Source: Entomortierella parvispora E1425
Taxonomy: Eukaryota > Fungi > Mortierellomycota
DNA: 64,000 bases
Reading direction: 5' to 3'
Assembly: GCA_020891255.1 (NCBI GenBank)
Contig: BQFW01000005.1
Coordinates: forward strand, 930,001-994,000
The position numbers were made by a program, and so were the translations under genes. Positions 1-10,213 of the stretch are shown here, piece by piece (position 1 is the stretch's first letter; every line of letters starts with the position of its first letter). The notes beneath the pieces are model-generated. The model was not told the DNA's origin and ran no database searches. It was given only the letters and a program-made list of their open reading frames with translations.

Positions 1-870
1 ATTGAACTATGCCTCAAGAATGCAAAGGACGATCAATACGCAGAGGTGATTGAGAATCTCGGCCGTCACTCTCCCTTGAGAAGCTTAACAATGAGCAAAA
101 CCACTTTTGGACCTAAATCTGCCCAGGCCCTCCTCTATGGTCAAGGCGGTCGCCATCGGGCCAGTTTGGAGAAACTATACATTCGATATTGTCGTTCCGT
201 AACAGGCGCGATGGTCCACCAGGTTTTATGCTCATTTACAAAACTCACTACTTTGCAAGCACCCTTTATAACAGAGTTGGATGTCCTTCAAGACCCAAAG
301 CCGTGGGTCTGTCTCGGAATGAAGGACTTAAAAGTTTGTCTGTATGTACCGATTCTTGGAGCGGACATGGACCTGAATACGATCACGGTCGTGGATCCAA
401 CCGTCCCTGTCACTAGCAAGTCTCTACCGCCTGTTGTCCCCCGACCCTCGACTGCTTTACTGGACAGGATTGCAACGCTTACTCGATTAGAGCTGTTGAA
501 TGTAGCATGTCGTGATACTGTGGTGCCTCCAAGAGCACCATTGACTGTTCAGCACAGACGCCCGACCGACTGTTGGACTGTTCCGCCCATCCAGTTGGAC
601 AATGATGAGGGCACTGTTTCCGATCACTTTAGTGGCTATAGTGGCAGCCTGACTCGCCTGGGAAGTCTGAAACGACTACGAGAATTCATTCCGACTTCAA
701 CAGGCCATTGCTGGACCATGCGGGAGGCACAGTGGATGGTAGAAAACTGGCCACAATTGGTCAGCCTTGAGTGCAGTCCTTTGCTCGACAATCAAATGAC
801 GTCTGAAGAAGTGTCCCTCTTCCTTGAGCAGCATGGCGTAGAAGATAATTATGACTTCCTATTTGACTAG
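1..870 (+). CDS. 3' part of an F-box/leucine-rich (RNI-like) protein; 5' end lies upstream of the window
   Basis: Frame is open from base 1 to TAG at 868-870. Near-identical to the C-terminal half of the 14412..16184 protein (e.g. TFGPKSAQALL, LEKLYIRYCRSVTGAMVHQVLCSF, CWTMREAQWMVENWPQLVSLE). Confidence 0.8.
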   Translation: MELCLKNAKDDQYAEVIENLGRHSPLRSLTMSKTTFGPKSAQALLYGQGGRHRASLEKLYIRYCRSVTGAMVHQVLCSFTKLTTLQAPFITELDVLQDPKPWVCLGMKDLKVCLYVPILGADMDLNTITVVDPTVPVTSKSLPPVVPRPSTALLDRIATLTRLELLNVACRDTVVPPRAPLTVQHRRPTDCWTVPPIQLDNDEGTVSDHFSGYSGSLTRLGSLKRLREFIPTSTGHCWTMREAQWMVENWPQLVSLECSPLLDNQMTSEEVSLFLEQHGVEDNYDFLFD

Positions 871-1298
871 TTTTGTATATCTATAAAGATATAGTACTTG
901 CCCTCAACCGTGAAAGACCATTCTTTCTTTTCTTTTTTGTAATATTATAGGCTTATATCTCAAAAGACAGGGACACCAAGTATGACACATCCTTGAGCGC
1001 TTCACCAGCCCTAGCCTCCAATGTCTTTGATATTATTACCGTCTAAATTCAAGGTGATCAATGTCGATTTGGTTCAAGGTGGTCACGGTTGAATTGGTTT
1101 TGAGTGCCTCACCTGGAGGAAGGCGCTCTTTCTTTCAGCAAGATGTAGACTTTTTTTTTTTTTTTTTTTTTAATTTATTGTCAATTTGAACCGAAGATGG
1201 CTGAACTCGCGGTGATCAGATCGTCGTGAAGGTGCGTCCGGGACAACGAGACAACGTTATCTGATCAAGTTTGAAAGAAAACTCCTATTTCTATTCGA

Positions 1299-1637
1299 TT
1301 ATACAGGAGGCCATCCACCTCTCTTCATGACTGCGCTCGGCTGGCTTGTATGTTTAATCTTGAACTGGGGATACCCATCGATATCGATGTAGCTGTAACC
1401 AGACGCGGCTGCCCCGGTACCAATGCGTTGATATTCTTTGCCAGCTTCGATACGGCCTCCAAAAATTTCATATGATCCGTTGCTTTTCAGCACCTTGAAA
1501 TGAAAAGACGTTCCCACTTTCTGCGAGTTGTGAATCCTGAGAGAGTAATCCGAGTCTTCAAGTCCCACCAAGAGCTGTACTTTTGCGATCTTGGTACCGT
1601 CCTTGGAATTCAGTACAGCCTTCCCTCCAACACCCAT
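1299..1637 (-). CDS. Small intronless protein of unknown function, 112 aa (MGVGGKAVLNSKDG...KRGGWPPV)
   Basis: ATG at 1637-1635 inside the 1299..1877 ORF; the ORF upstream of this ATG looks like T-rich UTR. TATATAAA on the minus strand about 135 bp upstream. Protein-like, beta-rich composition; no signal peptide. Confidence 0.55.
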   Translation of the reverse strand: MGVGGKAVLNSKDGTKIAKVQLLVGLEDSDYSLRIHNSQKVGTSFHFKVLKSNGSYEIFGGRIEAGKEYQRIGTGAAASGYSYIDIDGYPQFKIKHTSQPSAVMKRGGWPPV

Positions 1638-1968
1638 GACGATTAGTTTTAAACGAGTGTGATTTTGAACGAAGATGGAAAATGTGATAAGAAGGAGGAG
1701 CAAGAGCAATTGGAAGCGAGAGACTAGGAAAAGAGAATTGGGAAATAGGTGTGGGCTTGAAGGAGTGTCTTTTATATATTTTTGTTGGGTATTATAGATA
1801 CCAATGGTTACTTTTTTGGTTAGAGTGTTGACTGACCTCGCCTTTGCAAATGAAAAGAGCGCATTGGGCACTCGCACTGTTCTTCACTTTTTACTCCTGC
1901 CGTTGTGGCTGCTGGGCAAAAGAAAATTTCAAGGGGCACGCCCTCTTAATCCTGGTAAAGACTCCAAC

Positions 1969-2330
1969 CTGCCAGCTTAAAGGCGGCGTCCGCCATCGCC
2001 ACAAAGTTCGCGTCTTCCAAACGATCGAGGGCTGCCTCGCGAAATCAGTCTTCGTGGTTGCAACCAAAAGCTGCCGTTCTTCCTGCAAGCATCCAGGCAG
2101 TGGCAGGGTGTTGTCTCAGTTCAAGCAGTCGTTCCTGTTAGAGGGAAGGAGGGCGATGGTGACGGCAACGAGAGAGGTTGGCTAGATATTCTCACAGGCG
2201 TCGAGGTAAGGCCTCTGGGGTGTTGTAAGCCGAAACCGTAGTTGAACGGCCAGTGAGGTTCAGACGCCATGACGCTCCAGTGGCGGCACCTCGTTGACCT
2301 AGCTTGAGGCATTCATACTGGAACCGGTAA
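1969..2330 (-). pseudogene. Degenerate copy of the 3' end of the RPAP1/RBA50 gene
   Basis: Translates in shifting frames to RLNLTGRSTTVS, TSTPVRISSQPLSLPSPSPSFPLTG and EAALDRLEDA, matching RLNLTGLSSSVS, TSTPVRSSSRPLSLLSTSSSFPLIG and DAALDRVEDA at 16290-16680. Frameshifted. Confidence 0.8.
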
Positions 2331-2639
2331 AGAATCGATGCGGGACAGTTCTTGTGTGAAATTTCAAGAGAGGGCGCAAAATAAGGTTGGCTTGGGTGGA
2401 TTGGGTTCCACGTGCGTTGTGGGGGAAATGCAGACAGGGCGCCAGAGTTGCGGATGGAATGTTGCATGTCAGTGATGGCAGACGAGGATGCAGTGATGGA
2501 GGAGGATGCCATCTGGATCATTCGTTCTTCACCGCCCTCACTCACTCTTCATGTTCAAGCGAGGAGTCGACAATATTGTACAGAAGCTCTCTCTCGTCGA
2601 CTGGACCCACCGCGACCTTGACCCGTGGAGCTCCAAAAT

Positions 2640-3270
2640 TTCAGTTTGCCTCTGTCCTCTGATGTTCGCGACCAGCTTGTGCAACACACGGACAAAGGAT
2701 CACGGGACGGGCTCGCAGGACGTTATATCTTTTTCCGATCCCATCTCAGAGCCGGGATGTTGTCGCTATGGATATCATCGGCCTCCTTCACATACAGCCC
2801 GCAACTTCAACGTCATTACGGCGTCGCAGACAAGTTCATCAAGCTTGCCCACCTTGTCGTCAGCACCACTATGGCCACGGTCCTCGATGCCTCTCACCAG
2901 TTTTTTTTTTTTTTTTTTTTATTTTTGATAGCATCTTCGAGCTGCACAGACAGCCCATTTCCATCGGGTAGCTATACTTCGATTGTACTAACAGAGGTTG
3001 TTGGATGTGAAGTTGGCGTTGTCCACAGCCTGGTGCCCACTGACGGATAGACAAACAGAGGTTATGAATGGCTGTTACGAGCTTTTGTTTACAACACACA
3101 GTCCAACTGGGGTCAGTTGCTTTCACAACAACGCAGTCAATGCTTCCACTGGCTCACTGCCCTTCATTGGCACTGGTCTTCGTCCTCGCCTTCTAACCAC
3201 ACTCCTCGACATTGGCAACAGCCCTGTCTTCACCGTCGACTCCTTCCTCGCAGATCCGACGTCTAACTGA
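2640..3270 (+). mobile_element. Ty3/gypsy LTR-retrotransposon integrase relic
   Basis: Frameshifted translation gives PIPSQSRDVVAMDII, VADKFIKLAHLV, STAWCPLTDRQTEVMN, LLRAFV..QSNWGQLL and NNAVNASTGSLPF. These match the gypsy integrase core pattern (PW..vsMDF, VVDrltK.aHf, STa.HPQTDGQTE, aYNns.h.STG.sPF). Confidence 0.8.
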
Positions 3271-3800
3271 CGGCGAAGAAGTTTGGACAATCGTAGGAAA
3301 AAAAAAACACGATTGAGCTGGCTGAATCGCGCCTTTTCGGTATCTGAGTACTCCCTCCCCCTCATTGTTAGTCAGTTCTTTCCGGTTTGATGACGCTCAT
3401 CCAATCGAGTAAGGCTAAACCATTCACAAGGGGAAGGGCCTCAGAGAAAGGGGGCCCTAAGAGAGCGGAAGAAGAGGAGAAGTGCGAAGCAAAGGAGACG
3501 GAGGATCTGCAAGGGGGGGGGGGGTGCAGCGCAGCGGCCAAAAGAGCAACTGCGCAATGATCTACCCTTGTTGCGCAGAAACTGCACGCGTCGACAGCGC
3601 GTACACATTTGAGTATGCGATCGATCTTTCCCAAGAGGACCAGCACAGACAGGATAGAACGGGCAATGAACATCAGCCAATAGACGTAGCCATCCTTCTT
3701 GCATAGCGCGCAGCCAACAGATGCCGGTATTTCTCAGCCATCCATCCCAGAAGACCGTGAGGGGCCACCTTGATACTGGAGCTTGCGCAGTAAAAACAAG

Positions 3801-3808
3801 TATATAAA
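3801..3808 (+). promoter_or_regulatory. TATA box of SDR copy 1 (TATATAAA); equivalents at 6892, 10119 and 12582
   Basis: Same context (TGCGCAGT(A/G)AAA(A/T)CAAGTATATAA) about 70-100 bp upstream of the ATG in all four SDR copies. Confidence 0.6.
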
Positions 3809-3898
3809 TCATGGCTGGAAAGACAAGGCCCCTCTTTTGTCATTACCTTCATACACTCATACACTCATACACTCATACACTAGCTAAGATTGAACATC

Positions 3899-4771
3899 AT
3901 GCCTCCCCATCCTGATCCCCATGCTGACAATTTCGTCTCCACTGCCCACAGCGACACATACCCTGCCATCGCTCATTCGAACCATCAAACCCAAACCGTC
4001 CTGATTACTGGTGCTTCCAGGGGCATCGGACGTGCCACTGCCATCTCCTTTGCCAGAGGTGGTGCGGCAACCATCATCATTGCTGCACGCTCTGGATTGG
4101 ATGAAGTAGAGAAGGAACTCCTAGCTGCCGCGTCGTCGTCCTCATCTCCACCCCGGGTTATCAAGCTACAGCTGGATGTTGTCTCGGAAGCCAACGTGGC
4201 GCAGGCGGCGGAGCGAGTGAAGCAAGAGTGTGGCCATCTCGACATTTTGGTCAACAATGCTGGCTACATCGAAGACTGGACGCCCATGGCCGAATCCAAC
4301 CCGTCGGAATGGTGGAAAACATGGGAAGTCAACATCAAGGGCGTGTACCTGATGACTCGCGCATTCCTGCCTCTTTTGCTTCAGGGCTCTTTGAAAACTA
4401 TCATCAATGTGAGTTCCGTAGGTGCCCACCACGTTTTCAAAGGAGCATCGAGCTATCAGACAGGCAAGTTTGCGCTTCTGCGATTCAACGAGTTTATCGC
4501 TGTGGAATACGAAGACCAGGGGATCATCGCTATTGCAATTCATCCAGGTGGCGTGCCAACAGAGTTGGCGCTGAATCTCCCTGGTAATTTGCACCAATTC
4601 CTTGTGGATACGCCCGAGTTGGCCGCTGACACTGTAGCATGGTTGACGCAGCAGCAGCGTCATTGGCTTTCTGGGCGATATGTCAGCGTGAACTGGGATA
4701 TGCCACAACTAATGGCAAAGAAGGAGGAGGTCGTCGAGGGAGATAAATTGAAAATGCGAATCGTGATCTAG
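3899..4771 (+). CDS. Classical short-chain dehydrogenase/reductase, tandem copy 1 (290 aa, probably NADP(H)-dependent)
   Basis: TGASRGIG glycine motif, Arg at the end of beta2 (AARS), NNAG, catalytic Ser (NVSS), YQTGK (YxxxK), HPGGVPT. Intronless. AATAAA at 4894-4899. Confidence 0.93.
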   Translation: MPPHPDPHADNFVSTAHSDTYPAIAHSNHQTQTVLITGASRGIGRATAISFARGGAATIIIAARSGLDEVEKELLAAASSSSSPPRVIKLQLDVVSEANVAQAAERVKQECGHLDILVNNAGYIEDWTPMAESNPSEWWKTWEVNIKGVYLMTRAFLPLLLQGSLKTIINVSSVGAHHVFKGASSYQTGKFALLRFNEFIAVEYEDQGIIAIAIHPGGVPTELALNLPGNLHQFLVDTPELAADTVAWLTQQQRHWLSGRYVSVNWDMPQLMAKKEEVVEGDKLKMRIVI

Positions 4772-4967
4772 AAATCACGGTCTGTTTGAAGATAGTCAAG
4801 ACAAAGAGAGTGTGTTGCAAGAGTACGACTGTTGTACGGTGTCATCACGCGGTTCCGTGCCTGACGGGTAGTAGTGGTAGTATCCGGCACCAGAATAAAC
4901 ACCTGTTTTTTAATTGAGCTAGGAATTGAGGGTGGGGCCGCTCTCTTTGTTTCCAGGAGATAAATCT

Positions 4968-5784
4968 CTAGATCATGATATTGCCTTCTACAGCGGATTG
5001 CCTTCTACAGCGGGTTTGAGGGCTTGTTTGGACCCTTCCCCGCCTGATCCAACATACGTGACAACACAGCTTGCAAAAACGATATAGCAGGGGACACCGT
5101 AAAAGCTGCTTTTCTTGCTTTTCTTGATGTATTTTGGGAAACAAGCGTCTTTCAAGTAAAATGCTTTGGAAACAATACGAAAAGCAAAAGTTCAACATAC
5201 TCTCCAGGATGTAGTTCCTGTCATCGATGAAATTTGCACACTTGAAGCCTTCCCTGTTGGACTCCAAACATTCCTTGACCTTCTGGACGTCGTGCTACTT
5301 GTCCTCGTGGACCCCATCACTCACAATACCGACAAAAGCGACCTGTCTAGCGTACTCCTCGGCCAGTTCCAAGATTTCAGCTGAAGCTCGATTTTTTAAA
5401 GCGTGATCTCCAACACAACAACAGGTCCCACTCCCGTAAGTTCTGGCCCGTGCAATTGGCTGCGTTGCCTTTGACGACTGTTCCTTCCGAGCAATCGTTG
5501 TGTAGTAGATAGGTCCGTGCAACATTGGGTGAGAGCTCTCAAGATGTAAGACTCAGCTGAATAAATGGTAGGAGAAAACGATGGTCGTTTACTCATGTTC
5601 ATACGAGAAGCTCTTTTCCTAATAATATTAGTTGAATATGTACTGTGGAGCAATGCATGCTTGAACTGTGAAGTAGTTTCAAGTCCCGCTACCAGTGGGT
5701 ACCATAAGTTTTGTGGAGGTTGGTGAACGAGTCCAGGATCAGCCTCAGTTGTTAAGGAGGGAGGGTTTGCTCTTGTGCGTCCAT
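4968..5784 (-). pseudogene. Thioredoxin-fold (TlpA/redoxin-like) pseudogene, copy A
   Basis: Fragments MDAQEQT, GPVVVLEI, EILELAEEYARQVAFVGI and VVTYVGS in different frames, with internal stops. No WCxxC motif. 17-bp tandem duplication at 4980-5013. Family call is from recalled motif similarity. Confidence 0.55.
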
Positions 5785-6274
5785 GATACGATTTCGCTGG
5801 GGAGAATGTCGACTTGGGGGGACGGATTTAAAGACAGGAAACCAAAAAAAAAAAAGGGGGGGCTGACAAGCTATTGCACATCCGTGGACAACGGAACGCC
5901 TGAAGCTAGTGTGGCCCATGGTCTGAGCATGCGTGTGCTGTTCGAGAGGAGAGACGCTGGACCGCATCGTACACACGCGTGCCTCTCTGCTTTTGGGTCG
6001 CACAAAATGTCCCGACCACTCCTTTTTCAAGTGAGGTCCACTTTTTTGTGGTGGGACCACTGGCGACCACTTTTTTTTTTAATGGATGTGACCTTTTTGG
6101 GCATGATCACCATTTTCCTGCAGGAATCACTGAAAAAGAGTGAAAAAGACTGGAGCTGCAGGTCTGTTGACACAATTGCACCACTCCTTTATTTGAGTGG
6201 CGACCAAGTGGTGGCCACCAAAAAACTGAATGAGGCCACCGTTTTTGTGCAACGATGGATGGTCATTTTTTCAG

Positions 6275-6562
6275 GTCCAGTTGTCGAGGCTGAGTCAGAG
6301 CGATAATTCGATTCTATCGACAGGAGTTGCACAAACCACTGGGTGTGAAGTTGGCTATGAGCGACGTTACGAGCTTTTGTTGAGAACTCACAATCCAACT
6401 GGGATCAGTTGCTTTCACAACAACGTAGTCAACGCTTCTACTAGATCATCGCTCTTCATTGACACTGGGCATCGTCCTCGCGTTCAAACCACACTAATCG
6501 GCATTCGCAACAGCTCTGTCCTCACCATCGACTCTTTCCTCACAGACCCGACCTCTAATTGA
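6275..6562 (+). mobile_element. Shorter copy of the gypsy integrase relic, amplified with the SDR unit
   Basis: Aligns by eye to about 2960-3270 (ggatgtgaagttgg...gttacgagcttttgtt...tcagttgctttcacaacaacg...accgtcgactc). Confidence 0.75.
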
Positions 6563-6967
6563 CGGCGAAGAAGGTTTGGATAATTGTAGAAAATACAAAA
6601 AAAACGGGCTGTTGACGCTCACCAAATCGAAGTGGGGAAGAGGGCGAATCAAAGGAGACAGGAGCAAGCTGTACACGTCGACAGCACGTACTGCACACGT
6701 TGAGTAAGGGATCGATCATTAAGAGCTAGACCAGCACAAACAGGAAAGAACGGGCAATGAACATCAGTCCGTTGGACGTAGCCCTCCTTCGTACAGAGTG
6801 CAGCCAACAGATTCCGGTATTTCTCATCCCAGAAACCTCCCAAATGAATGGGGGGCCACCTTGATTCTGGAACCTGCGCAGTAAAATCAAGTATATAAAT
6901 CATGGCTAATGTCCTTCTTTGTCATTACATTCATACACTCGTACACTCCCAGCTAAGATTGAACATC

Positions 6968-7840
6968 ATGCCTCCCCATCCTGATCCCCATGCCAACAAT
7001 TTCGTCTCCACTGTCCACAACGACACATACCCTGCCATCGCTCATTCGAACCATCAAACCCGAACCGTGCTGATTACTGGTGCTTCCAGGGGCATCGGGC
7101 GAGCCACCGCCATCTCCTTTGCCAGAGCTAGTGCGGCAACCATCATCATTGCTGCACGCTCTGGCTTGGATGAAGTCGAGAAGGAACTCCTAGCCGCAGC
7201 GCCACCGTCCTCATCTCCACCCCGGGTTATCAAGCTACAACTGGATGTTGTCTCGGAGGCCAGCGTTGCCCAGGCAGCGGAGCGAGTGAAGCAAGAGTGT
7301 GGCCATCTCGACATTTTGGTCAACAATGCTGGCTACTCCTCAGATTGGATTCCCATCGCCGAGTCCGACCCGTCGGAATGGTGGAAAACATGGGAGATCA
7401 ACATCAAGGGCGTGTACCTGATGACTCGCGCGTTCCTGCCTCTTTTGCTTCAGAGCTCTCTGAAAACCATCATCAATGTGAGTTCCATTGGTGCCCACCA
7501 CACTATCAAAGGAGCATCGAGCTATCAGACAGGCAAGTTTGCGCTTCTGCGATTCACCGAGTTTACGGCCGTGGAATATGGCGACCAGGGGATCATCGCT
7601 ATTGCAATTCATCCAGGTGGCGTGCCAACAGATATGGGAGTGCGTCTCCCTAGCGATTTACGCCATTTCCTCGTGGATACGCCCGAGTTGGCCGCTGACA
7701 CTGTAGCATGGTTGACCCAGCAGCAGCGTCATTGGCTTTCTGGGCGATATGTCAGCGTCAATTGGGATATGCCACAGCTTATGGCGAAGAAGGAGGAGAT
7801 CGTCGAGGGAGATAAATTGAAGATGCGAATCGTGATCTAG
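6968..7840 (+). CDS. Short-chain dehydrogenase/reductase, tandem copy 2 (290 aa)
   Basis: Same motifs as copy 1. True ATG (MPPHPDP) at 6968; the ORF-track start at 6902 runs through the 5' UTR. AATAAA at 7962. Confidence 0.93.
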   Translation: MPPHPDPHANNFVSTVHNDTYPAIAHSNHQTRTVLITGASRGIGRATAISFARASAATIIIAARSGLDEVEKELLAAAPPSSSPPRVIKLQLDVVSEASVAQAAERVKQECGHLDILVNNAGYSSDWIPIAESDPSEWWKTWEINIKGVYLMTRAFLPLLLQSSLKTIINVSSIGAHHTIKGASSYQTGKFALLRFTEFTAVEYGDQGIIAIAIHPGGVPTDMGVRLPSDLRHFLVDTPELAADTVAWLTQQQRHWLSGRYVSVNWDMPQLMAKKEEIVEGDKLKMRIVI

Positions 7841-8034
7841 AAGTCACAGTCTGTTTGGAGATGGTCAAGATAGAGTGTGTTTTACAAGAGTACGACTGTC
7901 GTACGGTGTCATTCACGCGGTTCCATGCCCTATAGGTAGTAGTAGTAGCATCCGGCGCCAGAATAAACCCTTATTTTTTTAATGAGCTAGGAACTGAGAT
8001 GGGGCCGCTCTCCTTGTTTCCAGGAGATAAATCT

Positions 8035-8885
8035 TTAGACCATGGTATTGCCTACTACAGCAGTTCTGAGGGCTTCTTTGAACCCTTCCCTGCCTGATCC
8101 AACATACGTGACAACACGGTTTGCAATAATGATATAGCAGGGGGCACCGGAGTAGCCGCTTTTCTTGAAGATATCTTTTGCGAAACAACGGTAAAAGTAC
8201 CCGTTAGCCTCAAATCGCATCTTTCAAGTAAAATGTTTTGGAAACAATGCAAAAGTGGAAGTTCAACTTACTCTCCTGGATGTAGTTCCTGTCATCGATG
8301 AAATTTGCACAGTTGAAAGCTTCCCTGTTGGAGTCCAAACATTCCTTGACCTTCTGGACGTCATGCTCCGTGTCCTCGTGGACCGTATCATTCACAGTCC
8401 CAACAAAAGAGACTTGTCCAACGTACTCCTCGGCCAGCTCCGAGATTTCAGGAGATGTTTGATTTTTTGAAGCGTGATTTCCAACACAACAACAGGTCCA
8501 ATTCCCGTAAATTCTGGCCCGTGCAATTGGCTGCGTTGCCTTTGACGACAGCTCCTTCCGAGCAATCGTTTTGCAGTAGATAGGTCCGAGCAACATTGGG
8601 TGAGAGCTCTCACTATAATAAGACTTAGCTGAGTAAATGGCAGGAGAAAATGATGATCGTTTACTCATCTTCACACGAAAAGCTCCTTTCTATGACATTT
8701 GTTGAATATGTACTGTACTGTACAGCGATGCATGCTTGAACTGGAGGGAGCTCACCAATTGGCAACTGAAAGTAGTCTTCAAGTCCCACTACCAGTGCGT
8801 ACCATAAGTTTTGTGGAGGTTGGGGAACGAGTTCAGGATCAGCCTCGGGTTGATGTTGAGGGATTGTTTGCTCTTGCGCGTCCAT
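8035..8885 (-). pseudogene. Thioredoxin-fold (TlpA/redoxin-like) pseudogene, copy B
   Basis: Fragments QLHGPEFTGIGPVVVLEI, SPEISELAEEYVGQVSFVG, VQKVKECLDSNREAF and AKDIFKKSGYSGAPCYIIIANRVVTYVGSGREGFKEAL across frames. The WCxxC segment expected after VVVLE is absent and the frame shifts there. Confidence 0.6.
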
Positions 8886-9314
8886 GATAAGATTTCACTG
8901 GGAGAGAATGTCGACTTGGGGGATTTAAAGACAGGAAACCAAAAAAAAAAAAAAAAGGGCAGACAAGCAATTGAACATCCGTGGACAAACAGATGGACCA
9001 CGGCACGCCTGAAGCTTGGTCCTTGGTCTGAGCATGCGTGTGCAGTTCGAGAGTAGAGACTCTGGACCGCATCGCACACACGTGCTTTTGGGTCGCACAA
9101 AATGTCGCGACCACTCCTTTTTCAAGTGAGGCCCACTTTTTTTTTGTAATGGATGCGACCTTTTTGGGCATGATCACCGTTTTCCTGCAGGAATCACTGA
9201 AAAAGAGTGAAAAAGAGTGGAGCTGCAGGTTTGTTGACACAGTTGCACCACCCACTCCTTTATTCTGAGCAACGAAGGATGGTCATTTTTTTTTTTTTTT
9301 TTCAGAAAAGTGGC

Positions 9315-9645
9315 CCCAGTTGTCGAGGCTGAGTCAGAGCGATAATTCGATTCTGTCGACAGGGGTTGCACAAACCACTGGATATGAAGTTGGTGTTGTC
9401 CACAGCTTGGCGCCCCGATGAGGGATAGACAAACTGAGGTTATGGGCGGCGTTACGAGCTTTTGTTGACAACATGCTATCCAATGGGATCAGTTGTTTTC
9501 ACGACAACGTAGTCAACGCTTTTACTAGATCATCGCTCTTCATTGACACTGGGCATCGTCCTTGCGTTCTAACCACATTAATCGGCATTTGCAACAGCTC
9601 TGTCCTCACCGTTGACTCTTTCCTCACAGACCCGACCTCTAAATG
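9315..9645 (+). mobile_element. Third copy of the gypsy integrase relic
   Basis: Starts with the same ccagttgtcgaggctgagtcagagcgataattcgattc sequence as the copy at about 6275 and aligns to 2960-3270. Confidence 0.75.
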
Positions 9646-10213
9646 ACTGCGAGTCTGGACAATTATAGGAAAAAAAAAGGGAGGGACACCCTCCTCCTCC
9701 TTATTAGCCAATTCTGTTTCTCTCTGGTTTGTTGACGCTCACCGATCGAACAAGTGTAAACCGTTCAACTCCACAAGGTGAAGGGTCTCAGAGAAAGGAC
9801 TCTGAGAGACAAGAGGAGCGAGAGGATCTGCAAGGGGGCGTGCTGCGCAGAGGCCAAAGAGCAACTGCGCAATGATCTCTCGTGGTTGTGCTGAAACTGT
9901 ACGCGTCAACATCGCGTACACATTGCATAGGCGATCGGTCTTTCCAAAATTCGTAAGAAACAGGACCAGTACAGATAGGAAGGAACAGGCAACCTATTTG
10001 TCAGTTAACCGTGGCCATCCTTTTTACATAGTGCAGCCAACATATTCTGATATTTTTCAATCCAGAAGACCGCCCAAATGAATGAGGCGGCAACTACAGC
10101 GTGCGCAGTAAAAACAAGTATATAAATCATGGCCGAGAAGTCCTCCTTTTGTCATTACCTTCTTACACCCATACACCCATACACTCATACACTCCCAGCT
10201 AAGATTGAATATC

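Noticed and set aside
1390-1500. FGGRIEAG in the 112-aa orphan recalling the C-terminal domain of bacterial phospholipase C
   Set aside because: Match is too short and the rest of the pattern is absent.
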